Shown one piece after another: positions 37,070 to 46,113 of a DNA stretch of 64,000 nt (position 1 is the first letter of the stretch; every line of letters starts with the position of its first letter). Source of the stretch: a virus; the IMG/VR virus record IMGVR_UViG_3300042879_003994, positions 9,793-73,792 of that record, one strand, 5' to 3'. Both the position numbers and the translations under genes were made by a program. The notes beneath the pieces are model-generated. The model saw only the letters and a program-made list of their open reading frames with translations, did no database searches and had not been told where the DNA came from.

Positions 37070-39644
37070 TTTCTTAGAAGACAAAAATTTTTCTTCTAAA
37101 TTTGAAGATGTAGATTTAGGCCTACATGGAGTAAGGCTTCCAGAATTTACTATCGAATCTTCATCTAAAAGACATCTTAATCTTAGTGAAGATGTTACAA
37201 ATTACGACTTTCTTAGAGCCTTGTCATTAAATGGGTTTAAAGAACTAAAAATAGATAAATCTTTACCAGAATATAAAAAATATGTAGATCGCGCAAAGTA
37301 CGAGTTGGAAACTCTAAGAGAGCTAGGCTTTATTGATTATATCCTTTTAGTTTGGGACGTAATTAATTTTTGTAAAACTAATAATATACCAATTGGATTA
37401 GGTAGAGGTTCTGCCGCTGGTTCATTAATTTTATATCTCATTGGCGTGACAAGAATTGATCCAGTTAAATATAACCTTTATTTTGAAAGATTTATATCTA
37501 AGATTCGTGCTAAAAAGCAGGTTATTGATGGAATAACCTATCTAGATGGCAGTTTAATGTGTGACGTAGATCTTGATATTTGTTATTATAATCGCCACAA
37601 AGTATTAGAATATCTTGAGAATAAATTCAGAGGTAAAACAAGTAAAATTCTTACTCTGAATACTTTAAGTGGAAAACTATTAATTAAAGAGTGTGGAAAA
37701 ATTATTGGTGAAAAAACCGAAGAAGAAATGACAATGATCTCCTCTTTAATTCCAAAAATATTCGGCCAAGTTAAAGATATTACAACTGCCTATGAGGAAG
37801 TACCAAAATTTAAAGAATGGTGCGATGAAAATAAAGAGGTATATGAAATTGCTTTAAAGCTAAGAGATCTAATTAAAAATAAAGGCGTACATCCATCTGG
37901 AGTTTTGCTATCATATGATGATTTAGAAAAAGTCTGCCCTACAGAATTTTCCTCAGATAAAGAACCAGTATCAAGTTTTGATATGAATTGGGTTAGTGTT
38001 TTTAATATTAAGCTTGATATTTTAGGTTTAAGAAGTGTGTCGGTAGTTCATGACGTATGCAAAAATATTGGAATAAAAATTCAAGACATTGATCTAAATC
38101 ATGAATCAATTTATAGAAATCTTCAAGACTTGAAATCTCCTCATGGACTTTTTCAAATCGAAGCAGATACAAATTTTAAAGTCTGTCAAAAAGTAAAACC
38201 AAAGAACTTAGAAGAACTAAGTGGAGTTCTTGCTCTTGCGAGACCTGGAGCTTTACAATTCGTAGATAAATATGCAAAATACACAAATACTGGAGATTAC
38301 GAAGGAATTCATCCTTTCTTTGATGACACCTTAAAACATACTGGTGGAGTTGCACTTTATCAAGAGCAATTAATGCAAATGGCTCATAAGATCGGATTTA
38401 CTCTTGATGAAGCAGAAATTTTAAGGAGAATCGTTGGAAAGAAAAAGATTGATGAAATTAAAGCTTGGCAAAAGAAAATTGAGTCCAAGATTAAGCAGAA
38501 TAAATTACCAAAAGAAGTCGGAGAAATTCTATGGAAAATTATGGAAGATTCTGCGAACTACTCATTTAATAAGTCTCATTCTCTTGCCTACGCAGCTTTA
38601 GCAGCAGTAACAATCTATCTTAAATTTAACTATCCCCAACAATTTTTCTTATCTTTACTCAAGATGAGTAGAAATGAACCTGATCCAATTGGAGAAATTT
38701 CCAAGATTCAGAAAGAAATGCATGAGTTTGGTATAGAATTATTACCACCTCATATCATTAAATCGGATATGGATTTCTCTATCGAAGATAAAGACATAAG
38801 ATTTGGACTTCTATCAATTAAAGGTATTTCGGATAAGTCTATAGAAAAACTAAATAGTTTTCGTAATAAATATTCTAATAAATTTGAAATTTTTCAAGCA
38901 GCAGAAGAGGCTGATCTTAATATTGGAGTATTATCAGCTTTAATTCAAGCTGGCGCTTTAAGTGGATTTAATCAATCTAGAAGTAAAATAGTATTGGAAG
39001 CTCAACTTTGGAATGTCTTAACCTCAAAAGAAAAGAAATACGTAATCTCTTTCGCTGAGAAATTTGATTATGACTTAATTAAGATAATTAAACATTTAAA
39101 TAAATTTACTGACGAAAAGAATCATATAGTAATTAAAGATACTAGATTAAATACAATTAAAAATAAGTATGACCCATATCTAAAAATCTATAATCAAAAT
39201 AGTAAAAGTGAAAGTTTCGCTAATTGGTATTACGAGAAAAAGCTACTAGGTTATACTTATAATAAAAATCTAAAAGAGATATTTTCTGAGAAAAGAGAGA
39301 ATTTAAAATATATTTATGATTTAGCTGAAGAACCTATTAATTCTAAGATTGCTTTTGTAGGTCAAATAGAAGAAGTTTACTCTGGCGTATCTAAAAACGA
39401 AAAGAAGACTAGGTATGTTAGGTTAAAGATATCCGATGAAACTTCATCAATCAATGCTCTTATATTTAATGATAATATTGAAAATAATAAACTATTAAAT
39501 AATAAAGCTTTCGAAGAAGGTAATATTGTAATAGTTAAAGGATTAAAGAAAAATGATTGTATATTTGCAGACTTAGTAGCCATTCAAGATCACGAAATAT
39601 ACATGAAGTTAAATGATTTAAAGAAAATAGATAAAAATAATTGA
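37050..39644 (+). CDS. dnaE: DNA polymerase III alpha, catalytic part without PHP
   Basis: GRGSAAGS, FERF, DVDLD, HPSG, KLDILGL, YSFNKSH, C-terminal OB fold. Confidence 0.95.
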   Translation: MKANLNNFLEDKNFSSKFEDVDLGLHGVRLPEFTIESSSKRHLNLSEDVTNYDFLRALSLNGFKELKIDKSLPEYKKYVDRAKYELETLRELGFIDYILLVWDVINFCKTNNIPIGLGRGSAAGSLILYLIGVTRIDPVKYNLYFERFISKIRAKKQVIDGITYLDGSLMCDVDLDICYYNRHKVLEYLENKFRGKTSKILTLNTLSGKLLIKECGKIIGEKTEEEMTMISSLIPKIFGQVKDITTAYEEVPKFKEWCDENKEVYEIALKLRDLIKNKGVHPSGVLLSYDDLEKVCPTEFSSDKEPVSSFDMNWVSVFNIKLDILGLRSVSVVHDVCKNIGIKIQDIDLNHESIYRNLQDLKSPHGLFQIEADTNFKVCQKVKPKNLEELSGVLALARPGALQFVDKYAKYTNTGDYEGIHPFFDDTLKHTGGVALYQEQLMQMAHKIGFTLDEAEILRRIVGKKKIDEIKAWQKKIESKIKQNKLPKEVGEILWKIMEDSANYSFNKSHSLAYAALAAVTIYLKFNYPQQFFLSLLKMSRNEPDPIGEISKIQKEMHEFGIELLPPHIIKSDMDFSIEDKDIRFGLLSIKGISDKSIEKLNSFRNKYSNKFEIFQAAEEADLNIGVLSALIQAGALSGFNQSRSKIVLEAQLWNVLTSKEKKYVISFAEKFDYDLIKIIKHLNKFTDEKNHIVIKDTRLNTIKNKYDPYLKIYNQNSKSESFANWYYEKKLLGYTYNKNLKEIFSEKRENLKYIYDLAEEPINSKIAFVGQIEEVYSGVSKNEKKTRYVRLKISDETSSINALIFNDNIENNKLLNNKAFEEGNIVIVKGLKKNDCIFADLVAIQDHEIYMKLNDLKKIDKNN

Positions 39645-39669
39645 CTTTTTTAAAAGTATCTGCTAACAT
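39641..39669 (+). promoter_or_regulatory. sigma70-type promoter
   Basis: TTGACT-17-(TG)TAACAT, 8 nt before ATG 39678. Confidence 0.7.
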
Positions 39670-39677
39670 TAGATAAT

Positions 39678-40220
39678 ATGATATCATTTTATAAACCAAA
39701 TAGTAAAAATACAGGCACAGCTTGTAGTTTCAGCGTAAATTCAAAAGATGGCTCCGTCTGGAGTTCATTAATTAAACAAAGCTCTTGGAATGAAGCAACA
39801 AAAACTGGTTCGTTCTCAGATAATAAAGATAATCCACAAAAGAGCGCAAGAGTAAAATTCTCAATGACAGAAGTAGCTGGCCTTTTAGAAGCGCTAGATA
39901 AAAATGTAGAGTTTTCAGCTTATCATTCTTCTGATAAACAAATAACAAAAATTAAATTCTCTCCATATATTAAAGACGATAAACAAGTCGGATTTTCTTA
40001 TAGCGTAAATAAAGAAAGCAAAGATAATATAGAGAATAAACAATCATTTTTACTTGGCTTTTATTTTAATGAAGCTCGTTTATTGAAAGAATTTCTTACC
40101 CACGCACTAAACTCTATTTTTAAGGCTCAAGAGGTTGAAGCGATTAAGAAAATAAAAAATTCAAAATCAGCCCAAAATTCAGATAAATCAGATTCACAAG
40201 AAGATAGCGAACTTTGGTAA
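39678..40220 (+). CDS. Hypothetical protein, candidate ssDNA-binding protein
   Basis: Beta-rich, aromatic and basic body, acidic tail DSQEDSELW; follows dnaE. Confidence 0.5.
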   Translation: MISFYKPNSKNTGTACSFSVNSKDGSVWSSLIKQSSWNEATKTGSFSDNKDNPQKSARVKFSMTEVAGLLEALDKNVEFSAYHSSDKQITKIKFSPYIKDDKQVGFSYSVNKESKDNIENKQSFLLGFYFNEARLLKEFLTHALNSIFKAQEVEAIKKIKNSKSAQNSDKSDSQEDSELW

Positions 40221-42136
40221 TTGTGAGAAAAAAGAAAATATTATTTCAAAGTGATTTTTCTTTAGCCAAGACAGGCTTTGGTAGAAATGCCAAAGCTTTG
40301 TTAAAATATCTATATTCTACCAATAAATATGATATAGTTCAATATTCATGCGGAATGACTTATGATCATCCAGAATTTAGAAAAACTCCTTGGAGATCGG
40401 TTGGATCTTTACCAAATACTCAGCAAGAATTAGAACAAATTAATAGAGATCCAAATTTAGCTCGCATGGCAAGTTATGGAGCGCATCTTATAGACAGAGT
40501 AATAAATGAAGAAAAGCCAGACATTTATTTTGCAGTCCAAGACATATGGGGCGTAGATTTTGCTATCGAGAAGAATTGGTTTAATAAAATAACATCAGTT
40601 ATTTGGACGACTCTAGATTCTTTGCCTATTCTAGAGTCGGCTATTAAAAATGCCTCAAAAATAAAAAATTATTGGATATGGAGTAATTTTGCTACAAAAG
40701 CGCTCCATAAACTTGGGTATAGTCATGTTAAAACTGTTCATGGCGTACTAGAAGATAAGGATTTCTATAGGCTATCTGATTTCGAAAGGAATCAACTTAG
40801 AAAAAAACATAATATCCCTCAAGATGCATTTGTAATAGGGTTTGTATTTAGAAACCAGTTAAGGAAAAGCGTCCCTAATCTTTTGCAGGGCTATGCACTC
40901 TGGAAAAAGCAAAATCCAGAGATTAAAAACTCATACCTTTTATTTCATACGCATTGGGGAGAAGGCTGGAATATACATAAGCTTGCAGCAGAGATAGGCG
41001 TTAATCCTCAAGAGATATTAACAACTTATGTATGTAAAAATTGTGGTGAATATGAAATTAAACCATTTAATGGTCAAGATTTAAATTGTAAATATTGTGG
41101 AGCAGAGAAAAGTCAAACAACTACTAATGTTGGACTAGGAGTTACAGAAAATCAATTAAATGAAGTATATAATCTTATGGATGTCTACTGTCATCCTTTC
41201 ACTAGCGGTGGACAAGAAATACCAATTCAAGAAGCAAAATTAACAGAATTAATTACTTTAGTTACAAATTATTCATGCGGAGAAGAAATGTGTGAACCAG
41301 AGGCAAATTCGCTTACATTAGATTGGTCAGAATATAGAGAGCATGGGACTGAATTCATTAAGGCTTCTACTTCTCCAGAGTCTATAGCAAAACAAATAAA
41401 TATTGTATATAAGATGCCAGAACATAAAAGACTTGAGCTGGGCAAAAAGGCTAGAGAATGGACTATTAAAAATTTTGGAGTAAAGAATATAGGTAAGATT
41501 ATAGAAGATTTTATAGATGCGCAACCATTTGTAGATTGGGATAAAATAAAAGAGAACCCAGAAGATAAGAAAGATCCTTATTTTCAAATACCAAATATTA
41601 TTGATGATTCTGAATGGCTAACATGTATGTATCATAATATTCTAAAAATGAAGAATATTGACTCAAATGACGCTGGACATAAATACTGGATGTCAGAATT
41701 ATCTAAAGGAACAAAAAGACAAGATATAGAAAATTATTTTAGAAATGTAGCTTTAAAAGAAAACGAAAATAAAAAACAAATAAAGTTCGAAGATCTTCTT
41801 GATAAAAACGATAAGGGTAGAATCGTATATGTAATGCCAGAGAGCGCGGGTGATATATTTCTAAGTACCGCTTTATTTAAATCTATAAAAAATAGATATC
41901 CAGATTATAGCTTATATGTAGCTACAAAACCTCAATATAAAGATATACTAGAAGGTAATCCTTACGTCCATAAATGGATTGAATATAATCCTATAATGGA
42001 TAATCTAATTTGGCTAGAGGGAAATAATCAACACAATGGATATTTTGATATAGCTTATTTGCCTTATACATGTACTCAAAGAAATTTAAATTATTTGCAT
42101 AATGGATTAGATAAAATAGATTTTAATTTAGTATAA
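40214..42136 (+). CDS. Multidomain glycosyltransferase: GT4 (with CxxC/CxxC insert) + DUF4214-like + GT9 N-terminal lobe
   Basis: TGFGR, RNQLRK, GGQEIPIQEA; CKNC..CKYC; YHNILK...G.KYW...L; AGDIFLSTALFKSIK...NPYV. Start may be GTG 40223. Confidence 0.75.
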   Translation: MVIVRKKKILFQSDFSLAKTGFGRNAKALLKYLYSTNKYDIVQYSCGMTYDHPEFRKTPWRSVGSLPNTQQELEQINRDPNLARMASYGAHLIDRVINEEKPDIYFAVQDIWGVDFAIEKNWFNKITSVIWTTLDSLPILESAIKNASKIKNYWIWSNFATKALHKLGYSHVKTVHGVLEDKDFYRLSDFERNQLRKKHNIPQDAFVIGFVFRNQLRKSVPNLLQGYALWKKQNPEIKNSYLLFHTHWGEGWNIHKLAAEIGVNPQEILTTYVCKNCGEYEIKPFNGQDLNCKYCGAEKSQTTTNVGLGVTENQLNEVYNLMDVYCHPFTSGGQEIPIQEAKLTELITLVTNYSCGEEMCEPEANSLTLDWSEYREHGTEFIKASTSPESIAKQINIVYKMPEHKRLELGKKAREWTIKNFGVKNIGKIIEDFIDAQPFVDWDKIKENPEDKKDPYFQIPNIIDDSEWLTCMYHNILKMKNIDSNDAGHKYWMSELSKGTKRQDIENYFRNVALKENENKKQIKFEDLLDKNDKGRIVYVMPESAGDIFLSTALFKSIKNRYPDYSLYVATKPQYKDILEGNPYVHKWIEYNPIMDNLIWLEGNNQHNGYFDIAYLPYTCTQRNLNYLHNGLDKIDFNLV

Positions 42137-42150
42137 TATAAAATATTTAA

Positions 42151-43302
42151 ATGAGACTTCTAGACACATATGCTACTAATACAGGATCAAAGATTGACAA
42201 GCCATTTATATATACAAAATTCTTTCCTTTACCAAAAGAAAGCTACATAACTTTCCAAGCACAAACGCCTTATGATTCTAGAAATTATTCTTACTGGCAA
42301 GAAGTAATAGCTATTATACATCCATATTTATTGAAAGAAAATATACATATTTTACAAGTTGGCACGAAAGAAGAGAAAGCCGTAAATGGCACAATGAGTA
42401 TTTTAGGTCAAACTACTTTAAATCAATTAGCATATGTCATAGAGAATGGTATTTTACATTTTGGAGCGGATAGCCTCTCAGTGCATCTAGCTTCTCATTT
42501 CAATAAACCCATAGTCTCACTTTACAGTATAAGTAATCCAAATGTAGCCGGACCACATTTTGGTGATAAAAATAAGCATGTACTTTTAAAAGGCTATGAA
42601 AGAGTTGGTAATAAAAAACCCTCCTATTCTCAAGTAGAATCTCCTAAATCAATAGATACAATAAAACCAGAAGAGATTGCAGAATCAATTTTAAAATTAT
42701 TAAATATAAAACATTCAAAATTACCTACGACAATATATTTTGGTTTAGATTATAATGTTAAAAGTTTTGAAATTATACCTGATGAAAATATTAATATAAA
42801 TACTATACCAATCGAAAATCCAATCATCAGAATGGATTATTTTTTTAATGAAAAGTCTTTTGAGAGTATTGTGTCTTTAAGAAAATCAATTGTCTTTACG
42901 AATAAACCAATTAAAAAAGATCTTATACAAAAATATCGCAAAAATATCAATCAATTAATCTATATTATTGATGAAAATAATGATGTTAATTTTGTTAAAA
43001 CTTTAAAAAATAATTCAATAAATTATGTCCTACTTTCTTTCCTAGAAGATAATATATTAAATAAATATAAATTAGATTACATGGACTATAATTTAATAGT
43101 AAATAAAAAGCATAAAACAAAAAAAGATACAAATATTGAAACCGTAGATAATCTTTATTATAAATCTTCAAGAGTACTACACTCTTCAGAAGGTCAATTT
43201 ATATCAAGATATGATTGGCTAAATAGAACTGGAAATAAAGTGGTCGATGATCCAGAGTTTTGGAAAGAAAGTGATAATTTCTATATTTTTAAGTTGACTT
43301 GA
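42151..43302 (+). CDS. GT9 (heptosyltransferase-like) C-terminal lobe protein
   Basis: GQTTLNQLAYVI...HFGADSLSVHLASHFNKPIVSLY. Confidence 0.75.
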   Translation: MRLLDTYATNTGSKIDKPFIYTKFFPLPKESYITFQAQTPYDSRNYSYWQEVIAIIHPYLLKENIHILQVGTKEEKAVNGTMSILGQTTLNQLAYVIENGILHFGADSLSVHLASHFNKPIVSLYSISNPNVAGPHFGDKNKHVLLKGYERVGNKKPSYSQVESPKSIDTIKPEEIAESILKLLNIKHSKLPTTIYFGLDYNVKSFEIIPDENININTIPIENPIIRMDYFFNEKSFESIVSLRKSIVFTNKPIKKDLIQKYRKNINQLIYIIDENNDVNFVKTLKNNSINYVLLSFLEDNILNKYKLDYMDYNLIVNKKHKTKKDTNIETVDNLYYKSSRVLHSSEGQFISRYDWLNRTGNKVVDDPEFWKESDNFYIFKLT

Positions 43303-43322
43303 AATATAAAGCATGCTATCAT
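43294..43322 (+). promoter_or_regulatory. sigma70-type promoter
   Basis: TTGACT-17-(TG)TATCAT, 6 nt before ATG 43329. Confidence 0.7.
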
Positions 43323-43328
43323 CATAAA

Positions 43329-44138
43329 ATGAGCCCAAAAATTAAAGATAACGAAGAGACAATTTCAATTGGTAGTTCTGAATTAATTAATCATGTATCT
43401 CAGACTTTTGAATTGACTAGTAAACCAGTCACTCAAACACCTCCTAATATTATCACAAGAAATCAATACGGTCTATTAGAGAATAATAATATTACTTATA
43501 TATATAACGAAGATGGTACGATTAATTGGAGAAAGATGGTTAAAACAGAGTACCTTGTTCCAAATCGTCAAAAGACTCAAGAGACAGATGTTTCAAAATT
43601 AGAAGATAAAGATCTTCTCATACTCCTTGGTGGAATTAAAGAATTAGCTCAAATTAGAGGCTATACAACTGTAGAATACAAAGTTGTTGCTGCAACAGAA
43701 AATTATTTTGCTACAAGCTGCAGAATTATATGGATTCCTAATTACGAGACCGGTGGCAGAGAGATAGCATTTGAAGCTCTTGCCGATGCCACTTCTAATA
43801 ACACTAAATCTTTCGCCAGATTCTTTCTAGCTGCAATCGCGGAGAATCGAGCATTTGTTCGTTGTGTCCGTAATTTTCTTAAAATTAATATCGTCTCTCA
43901 GGAAGAGCTTGGTGATGCTAAATTACTGGATGATTCTAGTACTACGATAGAAAATCCAACATCTCCACAAAATCTTTTAGAAAAGACAATGAAAGATAAA
44001 GGGATTACATTTGATATTCTTAAAAAGAAATTGATCAAAGAAAAGTTTGATGGAGCAGAAAACTTTAATGTTATTACCGATATCCCAAAAGTAAAAATAT
44101 TCGAACTAATTGATAGAATTAAAAAAATTAAAGATTAA
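43329..44138 (+). CDS. Rad52/Sak-like single-strand annealing protein
   Basis: GIKELAQIRG, beta strands, ADA, AIAENRAFVRCVRNFL helix; start placed at the promoter-adjacent ATG. Confidence 0.6.
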   Translation: MSPKIKDNEETISIGSSELINHVSQTFELTSKPVTQTPPNIITRNQYGLLENNNITYIYNEDGTINWRKMVKTEYLVPNRQKTQETDVSKLEDKDLLILLGGIKELAQIRGYTTVEYKVVAATENYFATSCRIIWIPNYETGGREIAFEALADATSNNTKSFARFFLAAIAENRAFVRCVRNFLKINIVSQEELGDAKLLDDSSTTIENPTSPQNLLEKTMKDKGITFDILKKKLIKEKFDGAENFNVITDIPKVKIFELIDRIKKIKD

Positions 44139-45271
44139 ATAAAATATATATTATCAATAGTGTAGCAGATATTTATAGTTTCGCCTACCAAACTTTGGTC
44201 ATCATTATCAAAACCGCCACACTCTACGGCAAAATAATCGTCTTTAAAAGTTGGCCCAGATGAGATAGAATATGATCTTTCCTCTACTATCGTACCATCA
44301 AAATCATCATCGCAACAAGGCGTTTTTCCTTCAGTTCCACCATAATAAAAAATGACTCTTCCAGAGATACTCTTGTATTTTTTGCCGAATTCCTCTTTGG
44401 GCGCGGCAATTTTAAACTTTAGTTTCTGAGATGTCGTAGAATTTGCGTTAGGATCGTCAAGATTATTATCAACTATTGAAAAGGGCGAAGCACTTCCCCA
44501 GCAATCGTCTTTTTTTCCATCGCCGCATCTTTCATTTTGACAGTTTTGTGGACCATTAGACTCTAGAAGAGACATTTTCTTTTCAACAGAAGATTTGCAA
44601 AGATTATAAAAAAAAGATAAATTTTTATTTTCGTTTAAAGAAAATCGAATATATTCACTTAAGCTACTATTAGCCCAATATGTAAATCCACTTACATCTG
44701 TTGAAGCATCGCATTGATTTGTATATTGAGAACTTGAAATTGTGCAAGTATCTATATTATTACAACTTTCACTACAATCTGGCGAAACAGGACCAGGATT
44801 AGGAGTGCAATATAAATTACCAGGCACACTACCTAAATTCCCGTCCTGAGTTATTCTATCTTCTTCGCATGAATTTTTTTTAGCTACACTTTGATAAAAA
44901 TAAGAACCAACAGCTGTTCCGTCAATATATATATCACAACCATCCCCTGCGTAATCTGAAAAATTCATACTAATTACAGCATTTAATCCTATAGCAATTA
45001 TTCCAAATTCATCAATAGCATAAGAATATTTTTCATTATGCGAATAATTTAGACTTGTATTCGATGAATAACATATAACATTATCGGCTGCATTACGACT
45101 TTTCCCACCTGAACCAATTTTTGATCCAAATGGATCATTAGAAAAATCTCCATTTAAACATCCAAAACCAACTTTTTCTTGAGAAGTACTAGCATTTAAA
45201 ACAAATAAATTTAAATTTGGTCCGCAAGACGCGCAACCATTTAACTCACTTGATGAACACGATCCTGGCAT
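44135..45271 (-). CDS. Cys-rich hypothetical protein, paralog of 1264..2430
   Basis: 20 Cys in 378 aa; shared N-terminus CSSSxLNGCAxCG and near-identical C-terminus; GTGTAA 9 nt upstream (45281-45286). Confidence 0.75.
   Translation of the reverse strand: MPGSCSSSELNGCASCGPNLNLFVLNASTSQEKVGFGCLNGDFSNDPFGSKIGSGGKSRNAADNVICYSSNTSLNYSHNEKYSYAIDEFGIIAIGLNAVISMNFSDYAGDGCDIYIDGTAVGSYFYQSVAKKNSCEEDRITQDGNLGSVPGNLYCTPNPGPVSPDCSESCNNIDTCTISSSQYTNQCDASTDVSGFTYWANSSLSEYIRFSLNENKNLSFFYNLCKSSVEKKMSLLESNGPQNCQNERCGDGKKDDCWGSASPFSIVDNNLDDPNANSTTSQKLKFKIAAPKEEFGKKYKSISGRVIFYYGGTEGKTPCCDDDFDGTIVEERSYSISSGPTFKDDYFAVECGGFDNDDQSLVGETINICYTIDNIYFI
44406..44521 (-). repeat. 116-bp perfect inverted repeat, copy 2
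   Basis: Reverse complement of 2044..2159. Confidence 0.9.
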
Positions 45272-45303
45272 ATAAGGATATTACACAATTATAATAACAA
45301 TAA

Positions 45304-45600
45304 TTAAAGATCTTTATATTTAATTAAACCATTTCTTACAAAATATAAATTGATAAAAAATCCGCAAAACGCACTTAAAATATTACTTAAAAATCCATAA
45401 GTTAATCCAGATAATGGATTAATAAAAGAACTAATAGCTAAAGAGATCCAAAAGCTAGAGCACTCATGGCAAAGAAGCGGTTTATGAATATATGGAATCT
45501 TTGCTATAAAATTACGAAAAGGCCTTGCAACTTCAGTGTCACTCCAAGCATAAGTAATTCCTAGACAAAGAAAAAGATAAACTAGAAATCCGTAAAACAT
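45304..45600 (-). CDS. Small membrane protein with CxxC (DUF1360-like)
   Basis: Three hydrophobic segments; PFR...LLCHECSSFW. Confidence 0.7.
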   Translation of the reverse strand: MFYGFLVYLFLCLGITYAWSDTEVARPFRNFIAKIPYIHKPLLCHECSSFWISLAISSFINPLSGLTYGFLSNILSAFCGFFINLYFVRNGLIKYKDL

Positions 45601-46070
45601 TATACAAAGTAAACTATTAACTTATCTTCTTTTTCTACTACAGAGAAAGACTTAAACACTATCTTCTCTAGCTCAAGTTTTTTACAGAGACTCTTCCAAT
45701 CTTCTTCGGTTTTACCAATTTCAAAAACTCTACCGCCACTATTCTTAAACATATTTTCGCGCATCATTCTCATATGTTCTTCCATTGGATCTTTAAATTG
45801 AGTAGCTTGGATCTCTTGGTTTTTCTCTTGAATGATTTTTTTAACCTCTTCATTATTTAAGAGATTATTAAAATATTCTGTTTCTGTTTGTAATTTGGAT
45901 TGAAGATGAGCCTTAACTCTATTTTTACAAGAACAGTTTGGATTATTTCTTGAGCTAGTTAAATCTGCTAAAATTTCTGGAAACTTCTCTTTTAAAGAGT
46001 TAAATACTGTATCATTCTTTATAAAAATGCTAAAAAATAATGGGGTATTAAGTAATTCTTGAAATGTCAT
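45600..46070 (-). CDS. Hypothetical protein with NPNCSC motif
   Basis: 156-aa ORF coupled to the CxxC membrane gene. Confidence 0.7.
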   Translation of the reverse strand: MTFQELLNTPLFFSIFIKNDTVFNSLKEKFPEILADLTSSRNNPNCSCKNRVKAHLQSKLQTETEYFNNLLNNEEVKKIIQEKNQEIQATQFKDPMEEHMRMMRENMFKNSGGRVFEIGKTEEDWKSLCKKLELEKIVFKSFSVVEKEDKLIVYFV

Positions 46071-46113
46071 ATATTTATATTATATATAATAGATTATATA
46101 TTTCAAATATTTA

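Noticed and set aside
8045-39644. Inteins or introns in nrdA, recA, dnaB or dnaE
   Set aside because: Lengths are normal, with no intein termini or homing endonuclease inserts visible
2044-44521. Diversity-generating retroelement TR/VR pair
   Set aside because: The repeat is perfectly identical, both copies are coding, nearby differences are not adenine-specific, and there is no reverse transcriptase in the window
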